Positions 10,973 through 20,559 of a DNA stretch of 64,000 nucleotides are shown piece by piece. The stretch lies in NCBI GenBank assembly GCA_004764695.1, contig SMSO01000035.1, positions 1,364,001 to 1,428,000 of the forward strand. Reading direction: 5' to 3'. A model generated the notes under the pieces. It was not told where the DNA came from. It made no database searches and saw only the letters and a program-made list of their open reading frames with translations. Position 1 is the stretch's first letter. Each line of letters starts with the position of its first letter. The translations under genes were made by a program, and so were the position numbers. Origin of the DNA: Schizochytrium sp. TIO01 (lineage: Eukaryota > Protista > Bigyra: Labyrinthulomycetes).

Positions 10973-12484
10973 TCAGTTGTGTTCAGGTGCTTGTGGGTAC
11001 TCAGTCTCTGTTGTATAGGTAGGCTGGTCGTTTTCCGTTTCTTGTGCAGCTCGGAATTTACAAATTTTGCAAAATGTATGAGAGTGCTTGAGGAAGGATC
11101 TGCACATTTTAGTCAGGTTACAATCTGATTGTCTCCAGCCAAATGGGACTTCCATCTCAGAGGCAGCTTCCTCGACACCATAAAGAGCAAATGTTAACAA
11201 GAATGAACCGATCACAGGAAATGGTGGATAATAGTAAGCTTCTGTATGGAAGTATGCTGGGGTGAGGCCCATGGACACAATAAAGATTAAGACAAGAGCT
11301 AAATGATGTAGCACGAAGGGGGCTGGGGTACGTACCAGTTCTCGGCACTTGCCCCAGCTGTGTACAATTTCTTCTACGTTGTGCTGAAAGAGTTTTGAGT
11401 CTGGTGTGCTCATGCGCTGCTCTCCAAAATTGACGAATCTAGCAAAATAAGTGCGAATGGAGATCACACACACAAGAATTCGATCTTGCGGCCCATAAGA
11501 CTGATAGATGCTCTGTTCTGCTGGTGTCAGAAGTAATTTCAACGGTGGAGACCCATAGGGATCTTGGATAAATTTCTTTGGATCTGCATTAAACCATTCC
11601 ATTGCTAGACGGCCTTTTTTTGAACCTGCTTTATATGACATATTGTCAACTCGATGATGTCTTGACTCCCGCAGATCTTGGCGAATGAAGGCAAGTAGAA
11701 TATTCAAACGTCTTGTCATTTCTATCATATCCATCCCACTGCTTCGAACGTGCAAGCTAGTTGAACAAGTTAGCAAAGCATCTACAGCACTATGAACAAT
11801 GTGAAGAACCATTTCGTGACCTCTACGATAGCTATGCCACGCTCCAAACAATCGAAATCCAACGACAAATAAAGTGACAATGAAGATTGGGATGAAGAGC
11901 TGCGGAGTAAGCGCAGCATAATTATGATTCAGAGTATCCCGTATTGAAAGCCAAAGGGCAGCAATAAGCCCAGAGCAAATGGATGGAAGGAAGCATCTTC
12001 TAAAAACTGTTCCCTGGAGATAAAAGATGTCACGAAAAAAGCTTACAATGTTAAACACACCTTCATCCCCTCCAAGGAAGGCTCGTCTCCAGTGTTTCTG
12101 AGGCAATACTCTTGCGTAGCGTAACCAAGTAGGAAACGAACGCTCTAGAGCTGCTTCTTGCTCTTTTGCATGTCTTAATGCCTCGTTATCATCATCGTCC
12201 TCTTCCTCGTCGTCATCCTCTTCTCCATGATTGTTATGCAGTTCTTTCTTAACCTTTTCTCCTAAATGGGGTGGCGGGGGCTGCTGATCAGACAGAGGAG
12301 ATACCGCACCGGAACTTTGAAGTATACTTCGGTCATGATTAAGGACTTCATCGCGGCCTACTGCATATACCTTGTTGTCACGGCTATCCCGGCGAGCGCC
12401 TCCCATGGAGATTCCACTAGTAGACGAATCAGATTGCTCTAGCTCCGACCGAGCCAATGATAATAAGTGACGCTCCCGAACCAA
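10973..12484 (-). CDS. Bestrophin-like anion channel (UPF0187/VCCN type); start uncertain
   Basis: Two TM pairs; motifs GFR..AW..Y..G, TPAPFVLHH and YGVEEAASEMEVPFG. First in-frame ATG is at 12406; an upstream exon is possible. Confidence 0.78.
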   Translation of the reverse strand: MVRERHLLSLARSELEQSDSSTSGISMGGARRDSRDNKVYAVGRDEVLNHDRSILQSSGAVSPLSDQQPPPPHLGEKVKKELHNNHGEEDDDEEEDDDDNEALRHAKEQEAALERSFPTWLRYARVLPQKHWRRAFLGGDEGVFNIVSFFRDIFYLQGTVFRRCFLPSICSGLIAALWLSIRDTLNHNYAALTPQLFIPIFIVTLFVVGFRLFGAWHSYRRGHEMVLHIVHSAVDALLTCSTSLHVRSSGMDMIEMTRRLNILLAFIRQDLRESRHHRVDNMSYKAGSKKGRLAMEWFNADPKKFIQDPYGSPPLKLLLTPAEQSIYQSYGPQDRILVCVISIRTYFARFVNFGEQRMSTPDSKLFQHNVEEIVHSWGKCRELVRTPAPFVLHHLALVLIFIVSMGLTPAYFHTEAYYYPPFPVIGSFLLTFALYGVEEAASEMEVPFGWRQSDCNLTKMCRSFLKHSHTFCKICKFRAAQETENDQPTYTTETEYPQAPEHN

Positions 12485-13195
12485 ACCTCCCGGGTTAGCG
12501 GGTTGTCCTGGGCATGAATTGGTCTTTAGAAAGACGAATTTGTTTGTTCAATTGTTTTCCGACGATCGTTTTAAAGCCTACCTATTATCCGTAATAGTAA
12601 GTTGCCTAAAGGGAGCCGTTAACTACATATTAAGAGAACACTTGGAACATTTCTCTACTCTGTTTACCAGCCTTGCTAGAACTTCGAAAAGGCTCGATGA
12701 GACGATTAATATAGAACGTAGTCCGGGTAACATGGGACTTGCTTGAAGGCGGGCTTGCTTTTGTTCAGCTGGGATTCAGCTCATCTTGAATTTGCGAGGC
12801 TTTACTACTTTAATAACAACAGTGCAACAGCTATCAAACTGGCACACACCCATGGCAAGATCAAGATGGTAAACACAACACAACATTCTTTTTCATTTTG
12901 AGGGGTAACTCTGAAACTAGCTTGAATCTCCGCAAATAATTGAATGGTCTCAATGAAAAAGAGAACAGAGAAAGATGGGAGGGCTTGGGCATGTGCAGGT
13001 AAGTCGTTAGATACGATACCCAAACGAGAAAAAAGCCCTGTGCTACCTGTGTTATTGCATATTTTCTTCAAAGGTAGCAACAAATGCGCATAAAGCACTA
13101 GGGGGTAAAAATCGGAAAGACCGTCAGGTAAAAAACCTAGCTAGACAGGTTGGGGAGTATTGTCAGGTGACTGAAGAAACTCAGGTTAGTAGTGG

Positions 13196-15739
13196 TCACT
13201 CTTCATTGTCAGCAGCGCTGGCTGCCTTTTCTTCGAGGCGCTGCGCAAGGAGTTCTTCGGGAGAAAGGTCGGTCTCGCGCTGGGAGCGAGCCTCATGATC
13301 CAAGGTGCGAACCACATCATCGAGCATGAATACTTTAGTAGTACCTACTCTGAAAAGAGAATTCTTGGCGTCCGAGCCTAGTGTTTCCGAGAGCAAAGAA
13401 ACTACGGAGGGGCGATCATTATGACCAGGTCTCCATTCAATCGCATTAGCTGCGAGCAGGTATGGGTAGCGTTCCAAAAGATCAGCAAAGTCCATTCGCA
13501 CGGGAAAGCCTTGTCTGCGAACATCAATCATTTGCAGAACTCCAAGAGATCGCAACTGATTAAGAATGAGTTGAGCATCCCAAAAGAACATTGGTGGTGA
13601 CTTAGTTTCGTTCGGCTTAACACAGCGAACGAAATGCAAGTCGGTGGAGTCCAAAATGTGCTCGAGATTGTTCATTTGGGCGCGGAAAATATAAGAAACA
13701 CTCTCAAGCTTGGCCATCTTACGTGTAGGTCTTCCAGGAAGGTCTAGTTCAGCCTCCTCAGCTGCAGCAGCAGCAGAACGTGCCGTGACTTTAAAGCGAT
13801 GGGGATTGTTGTCCGGCTGTTTCAAGAGAACACGCGGGAAGTCATTCTCTCCAGTACCTTCGATGATGAGATCGCGGAGATCAGGTTGGAGATGATCTGC
13901 GTTCTTGGATACCAAGCCGGCAGTATCATATTTGACAGGACCAGCAAAATGAATAATCTGGAAAGACGCATCAAATTTAGACAAGACCAAACGTTCATTG
14001 GAGTCACCGTATATAGATTGCAGAGCCATGAAGAAATTGTTATCTGTACCACGCGCGCCAAGAGCACCTTGTTCATCAAGGAGCTGAAAGATACCATTTG
14101 GACGACTATCCAGAAGTCGGAGGAGATCAGAGTTATCTTCGAACCGCAGTTGTGGGGGTTCAACTTCCTGTTCTTGCAATATATTTCGCTCAAGAGCAAA
14201 TACGCGCGAGTCAAACATACTCTGTAGCTTTTCGTTGGCGAAGTTAATACACAGCTGTTCAAACGAATTGACCTGCAAGACCTCAAAGCCAAAGACATCT
14301 AAAATTCCAATAAAGAGGGTTGCTTTATCATGCGATGAACCCGATACAGACAGACTGGTGGCTGTGTTCACACGCTCGACAAGCCAATCGAAGAGTGAGG
14401 CATACAGAGCTTTTGCTAGTCCATCGCGGGATGCCTCTGCTTCTTCCATACTAAGAGGCACAATGCTGACCGATGTGCGTCGGCCTGCACGCACAGAGCG
14501 GCGTACAAGGGCGGCCTCAAGATCCTCTCCGTGGACGCCAAGGAGATCAGGGAGTGTTGGGTCCACCCCAACACACTGAACCCCTGCGGCCCCTGGCTGA
14601 TTGGGTTCAAAAGAAATATTTCCGAGAAGTAAAATTCCAAGCAACACCTTGCATATGTTTTGAACCTCACCAGGTGTGAAGCCAAGGACTCCAAGTGAGG
14701 CAAGGAGGTTTCCAAAATTCTCGAGATCACCCTTTTGTAGCGAAGCACGCCGTTCCTCGTCAGCGGCCTCAAGAATTCCCCCGCCAACGCTTTCGTATCC
14801 TGCGAGGTAGCGGTAATCTTCCCAACAGGAGACCTCAAGACCATCAGGGATAACATTTTCAGGGACCAAACCATTTGCTGCGCCTTCAAGAAATTGGTAG
14901 AAAATGTGATAATTCCTTTCTCCAGGACTTTGCATTGTTAAGCGGCTCTTCTCGAGTAAGAAGTGCTGTGTTCGGGCACCAACGATAACACCATCTTTGT
15001 TGTAATCAAGGCGGACGAACTTGCCAAATCGACTTGAATTATCATTTCGAACGGTTTGTGCATTACCAAACGCCTCCAACACAGGGTTAGTCTCTACAAT
15101 GCTGGTTTCGAGTTCTGTCACAGGTGTTCCAGATTGAGAAGAGCGGTTGCTTCCTGTGATCGAAGAACGACCCAGCTTTGGCGCTCCACGTTTTCCAAAA
15201 AGGCCGACAACGCGAAAGCTAGCACGGGGTTTCTTCCCTGCAAGGCTCTTTCGGCGACGTTGACTCGCTGAGGCAAGGTGAGCCATTACGCGCTTTGCAG
15301 CTTCAGTTTTACCAGCCCCACTCTCGCCGCTGACAAGAACACTCTGACTTTTGCCACGAAAGCCATTACGCAGAAGGTCTCGATAAACTCGATCAGCTAC
15401 ATCGTTGAGAAATTTCTCATCTTCGACCTTATGGTACGGGTTGACACTGATGAGCACATCCCCAATGTAGGTATAGATTTTATCCATCATAGACCTTTGC
15501 TTCAGCAAGTGCAAGAGACCTGCCTCATTCATGTCTCCCATAGTGTAAATATCATCAAGCGAGCTATCATCGTGGCTCCTATCGTACGTCTCAGTTTCAT
15601 CAATGGAAATCTCACGTTGGGAGTCTCCACTTGCCTCCTCAACTACCAACGCATCTTCCGTAGAGCTAACCACCTTGGCCAGTCGCCAGCCTTCAGCATC
15701 GTCTTGAACCCAGACCTTATCCACATCCAGTGATGCCAT
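13196..15739 (-). CDS. Myosin heavy chain: SH3-like N-terminus plus motor domain, no IQ neck or tail
   Basis: P-loop GESGAGKTE, NPVLEAFGNAQT, switch-1 NDNSSRFGKF, switch-2 DVFGFE, NSFEQLCINFANEKLQ, FVRCVKPN and converter GTTKVF; stop about 40 codons later. Confidence 0.93.
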   Translation of the reverse strand: MASLDVDKVWVQDDAEGWRLAKVVSSTEDALVVEEASGDSQREISIDETETYDRSHDDSSLDDIYTMGDMNEAGLLHLLKQRSMMDKIYTYIGDVLISVNPYHKVEDEKFLNDVADRVYRDLLRNGFRGKSQSVLVSGESGAGKTEAAKRVMAHLASASQRRRKSLAGKKPRASFRVVGLFGKRGAPKLGRSSITGSNRSSQSGTPVTELETSIVETNPVLEAFGNAQTVRNDNSSRFGKFVRLDYNKDGVIVGARTQHFLLEKSRLTMQSPGERNYHIFYQFLEGAANGLVPENVIPDGLEVSCWEDYRYLAGYESVGGGILEAADEERRASLQKGDLENFGNLLASLGVLGFTPGEVQNICKVLLGILLLGNISFEPNQPGAAGVQCVGVDPTLPDLLGVHGEDLEAALVRRSVRAGRRTSVSIVPLSMEEAEASRDGLAKALYASLFDWLVERVNTATSLSVSGSSHDKATLFIGILDVFGFEVLQVNSFEQLCINFANEKLQSMFDSRVFALERNILQEQEVEPPQLRFEDNSDLLRLLDSRPNGIFQLLDEQGALGARGTDNNFFMALQSIYGDSNERLVLSKFDASFQIIHFAGPVKYDTAGLVSKNADHLQPDLRDLIIEGTGENDFPRVLLKQPDNNPHRFKVTARSAAAAAEEAELDLPGRPTRKMAKLESVSYIFRAQMNNLEHILDSTDLHFVRCVKPNETKSPPMFFWDAQLILNQLRSLGVLQMIDVRRQGFPVRMDFADLLERYPYLLAANAIEWRPGHNDRPSVVSLLSETLGSDAKNSLFRVGTTKVFMLDDVVRTLDHEARSQRETDLSPEELLAQRLEEKAASAADNEE

Positions 15740-15982
15740 TTTTGTCAAAGCTATCCAGGTATACTATGAGGTTTTGTCCTATTATGCAATTTTTGTTTTT
15801 GTTTCACAAGTCTCAACTAGCCTTGCACGTCAACCTTTGATGAGCCACCCAGCGGTCAAGTGGTTTGCGCCTTTGCGAACCTTAAATTTGTTGCCTACCT
15901 AGGATGACCAAAAGAAACTGGAAACGTGCGTGCTTTTTTTTCGCCAGAACCGCTCTTGAGGGCTTCGAAGCAGTATCAAGGT

Positions 15983-16015
15983 CTCCTTTCAGACCCCTTT
16001 CAGACTCCTTTCAGG
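15983..16015. repeat. 11-bp tandem repeat x3 (CYCCTTTCAGR)
   Basis: ctcctttcaga-cccctttcaga-ctcctttcagg. Confidence 0.85.
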
Positions 16016-16346
16016 TCTATTAGACCCCAGGCGTCCAATATAGATGGCGAAACTGGTATGTGTCTCAGTTCTCTGCCCGCTCAATGCCGTCCTGTACTTT
16101 GCGCAGCACGTGAACAGAGGGAAGGAGAGTGAATGAACGATTGCAGAGAATGGATGACCGCTGGATGGACGGCCTCGCCACTTGCCAGTGGCACGAAGTG
16201 AGACTCCACTGTAGGCCGCCCCCTCCCCCTCCGCGACCAGCCTTGGTCGCAGTGAAGAGCAACTGTTTGACAGCCCCCCTTGCGGCAGCAGGTCTTTGCA
16301 GGTTTCCTCCTCCGCGCGTGGCGATGGATGAAAGAAGTATGCAATG

Positions 16347-16375
16347 AAAAGAAAGAAAGAAAGAAAGAAAGAAAG
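16347..16375. repeat. (GAAA)n microsatellite
   Basis: Read directly. Confidence 0.9.
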
Positions 16376-17794
16376 TAAAGAAGGTAGAAATATGGAAATG
16401 AAAAGAACTGAAATGGAGATGAAGATGTAATGTTATGCGGTGTCTAAATTGGCAATGCAGCTCAGTTCAGTACACTCCTCTGTACGTACACGCAGCGCCA
16501 ATACCAAACTTTTCCAGCAGCTCACGACAGAGTTTTGCTATCTAAGCTAATGACACTCGTTTCTCACGCTGCGTTTGTAAATGGAGGTTTGAGGCGTATG
16601 CAAGAATAGCACGAAAGGTTTCTTTGTTAGCAGGCACTTCGTTCGTCTTTCATGATGTTCAGTTTTGGACCTCGATTGATGTTGAGAGGATCGTGGCTTG
16701 GTCAGATCCACGACTACATTTTCCACACATTCGTACAAATAGGTATGCATAAATCATCATGCAAGGACCAGCTGCCTGATCAAGGTCGCTCCTGGGCTCA
16801 AGATCATGATTACACATTAAAAAAAGAAAAGCTTATACAAATAAACTATTAAAAGTAAACACGTTTATATATCCATCTTGTCGTGATCACCAAGCCAAGT
16901 AGGAGCAAGGCTACGTATGAATAACAAAGGTCACAGTTATTCAACAGTACCTACAAGCACATCCAAGAACAAGGTCGTTCACTCGTCGCGTCTTGCTGGC
17001 CTGCACGCACTTTGATATCGTATTCCGCACCACCTTCTCCGCAAGTCGATGATTTATAATTTTATTTATTTTCCAACAGACAAATAGAAAGAAAGAAAGA
17101 GAGAAAGAAAGAGAGAAGTCCCTTCTTTCCCTCCTTCCTTCAATCGTCTTTCACGCTCATGCGAGTATACAAGGGGTACCTCAGGAGTCTCCATAGTCCA
17201 GCGCCTTCTCGGTTAGCCCGCATCAGTCCTGTATCAATTATATTCGGGAAAACGGGAGATCTATTTGTTACTCCGAATGCAACACGTCTAAGTAAACCCC
17301 CGTGCACACGCCCTGAGCGCGTGCAGCGGGAGAGGGAAAAGAAGGGAAAGAAGAGGGAAAAGAGGGAAAAGAGGGCGAACGAGCTGAAAGCCGGAAAAGC
17401 AGACACAGAGGCATATACCAGGATATCCTAGACAGTCCATGGGGGTAGCAGTACGCTAGGGTTTATATAGGTGGGAGGTTCAGGTAGACTCGTGTGTGGG
17501 AAGGATGAATAAGCAAGCTCATTGGAGATTAATTAAATACGTAAATGCAGGAGCACTTGATTATGTAGAATGTAAAGCTAGAGAGTGTGTGATGCAGGTA
17601 CTTGTGTCTTTGGAGAATGATGAAACCAACTAAGCTGGTGGATAGAAAGAACTTCAAGTCGAGAGCATGGGCTGCGTGTGAGTCGAGGAACAGAGTACAG
17701 AATGTAATTCTTAAAAATAAAACAACAAAATGAAACAAAAATGAATTTACCTATACGCCTACCTATTTCATACTTTGTATAAATAAGTGAGGTG

Positions 17795-17851
17795 TGAGTG
17801 AGTGAATGAGTGAGTGAGTGAGTGAGTGAGTGAGTGAGTGAGTCAGTCAGT
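17795..17851. repeat. (GAGT)n grading into (CAGT)n
   Basis: Read directly. Confidence 0.92.
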
Positions 17852-20559
17852 TAATTAGAAGGTGATGCTGGTGAACGACGGGCATGGTTTTATAATAAAG
17901 TTGTTTGCTTGAAGCTTGTGGTGGGGCGTCTGCGTTGATTTGTTTGCATTGTGCATATTGGGAAATGTGAGTGCCGTACTATGCATTGGTCGGCTACGTG
18001 CTCTAGTTTGGAGAACTCAAGCTCAACCCGAAGTTTGTTGGATTGATTTAACAACTCACATTACACCTGGGACTCTGAATATATCCTGAGTTGAGGCGTG
18101 GATTGACCAAAAAGACAATGAACTCGAACGTATTCTATTATGGGTTGTGGAGGGGTTTACCTCGCGTGATTGATTGATTCATATATTTTGTGGCGGCTAA
18201 AGGACACTCCATAAACCCTCGCGGTTCTTGATTGCCTTGAACGGGACTTGCACTACTAACTTCTAGTTCAACCTTGTAATCTAGAGTTGACAGTTTTAAT
18301 CGAAATACTATGGGTAGAAGGTACTACCAGTTTGTCGATTAATATAAATTCTAGCTATGACTAGCACTACTAGGTAGAGGGGCTCCATTCATGCCATGGT
18401 GTGTGCTGTGGATTGTGCACTGCCCCATCCATCAATGAAACTTGAGTTGGAGGTCCAGCCCGGGCAGCGAAGCAACTTCAACATCTTCTGCTCAAAACTC
18501 AAAGGAGACGTCGATGTTGGCTAATTTCTAGGCTTGGATATTCGTCCTGCGAGCCGTTCGAAAGCTTGGCCGATTCGTTGCATGGGTAGGTTCTTGGCGT
18601 TGTGTCATCAGAATTACTAGGATGCAAGCTGGTCAACCATTGAACCTGTCAACACAAATGAGATCTTCGGCGTGCGCCAAAACTGGCAATTTGAAGACTT
18701 GCAAGCTTCAAGTTGGCCTGTCTGCAGTTTAAAGTGGGTTTCTCTGTACACATTGAGTATTCTAAGCTTGAGCATCTATGATGCCCCGCCTTTCCGTCCG
18801 AGTCAGCGAGCTTGCATGGAAATTGTGTGATGTCGATAACCACATAGCTATCGAACTTGGTCTTGCAGACTCACGTGGTCTGGCTCCAAGTTGCCTTTTT
18901 AACGAAGCGAAATGGGAGGAAGGCCATTAGTGCTATGCCTAGTAGATTGTGCTCGCAAAAACTAAGATCCCCAGATCCCAACATTATAGTACCTGCTATA
19001 GAGCGAAGATGGGTTAGACGAAGGTCTGATAGAGCGTCTGATGTGCTATTCATGCTAACTTTTTTACCAAGTTGGGATCAAATTCTGAGGCAAGTTGAAA
19101 CTATTTTGAGCGAAACGCTTGGCTGATATCTCCTTGTTCTTGCTCGAAGTTCTATATTCTTGGCCCTACTCGTTCACATGCGTGAACGCCTTGACACCTA
19201 GTGCCAACCAACTTACTATTGAAGTACACCTTCGAGAGAACAATTCAGTGCCTTGCCCTTACAATCCTACGTGTGAACGTACGTAGTGTGCACTTACTTG
19301 CGCTTCTCTGCAAAGTCAAAAGTTCTATGATTTATATCCTGAAGAAATGACTTAAAAATATATTTACACTGCAACCAACAGTCAAAGAGTGACAAAACCC
19401 TTAGAAACCAGGCATTCGTCTCGACATCGCATTAGAGCGCCGCGCTCTGAGACTTGCGCTTTCAAGACGTCTCAGTCTAAATTCGAATTGCACTGGACCA
19501 AATTCTTTATCAATGGCGTGAAATTACTACGATTATTAACTTTCTAAGTCCTGAGCTTGATTGAAATTGCATATGAACACGCGGAGTGTTCGCTTGGTCG
19601 AATGGTTTAGATTTAATATGCTCTAGCGTGTCCACGGCCAAACCCTTTCTGAAACATGGGAGATGAATTTTAACTTCAACTTCAAGTTGTCCAATATTGC
19701 ACCTTTTACAAACTAGTAATCGTATCTTGGATGAGATTTATGCTCTTACTTGAGTTTCACCCAAGTGAAAGGATTGAAACGAACAGCCTCTGAGTGTGAA
19801 CTACATCTAAGAAACTTCGTTTTAGAAGAAGCCATTCCATTTTTCCTAAATGTTTCTTCAAAAAATTAATTTAATTAAAAACGTATTAAAAACAAAATCA
19901 AATAACTGTTACTTGAGTAGTTGCAGAAATATAAGTCAGGAAAATCAAACCAAGGTCATATTTATTTAGAAGATGATATTAAAATAGGGAACTCGAAGCG
20001 CCTGACCAATGCATTGCTTGTGCGCTTGCTTGATATCCTACCTTAAATTAAATCTTAAGCTTATATATATTTCTTTGCATGCTAAATATTATACAGATTA
20101 ACCATTGAAAACACTTGATCACATTTTAACGCATCAAGGCTCTTATCCACAGTTGCATGATCTTGTACAGCTCAAGATTGATCATGTGGGCACCCCCTTC
20201 GCAATTGCTGCAAAAAAATCCACTAGCCACCTCGAGAGTATGCACTGCGTGCTAGTCATAATCCTGCGAGATAAGAAAAAAGAATTAAGCAACCCACCTT
20301 CCCAAGTTGTAGCTATGATTAAGTTATTGAATGAGCTGTGTTTGCTACGAATGTCAAAGGGAACAAAATGCTCCAAATAAGCCGCACCGATTCGTACACA
20401 GTCATCTCATTCTGTAATACCAACCTTGTGACATTGTCAAGATTTATGAATGCCGATTTCATGGGGTCATCACCTTAGTCATGGTTTAAATAGTCATAAC
20501 AGCTGCGTGAAGCACACTATCATGCTGCTCTATCGCTGAGGGTAAGAGATAATCACGAC

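Larger units (their letters stand above)
15740..16650 (-). promoter_or_regulatory. Promoter / ATG-free leader of the myosin gene
   Basis: No minus-strand ATG for 911 nt although plus-strand ATG is frequent. Confidence 0.5.

Noticed and set aside
13150-13200. CTAAC branch-like site plus TTTCTTCAG acceptor just after the myosin stop, which could extend the protein
   Set aside because: The only nearby donor (GTGACC) would give an intron of about 29 nt, much shorter than the 89-270 nt introns seen here, and no tail-coding exon is evident downstream
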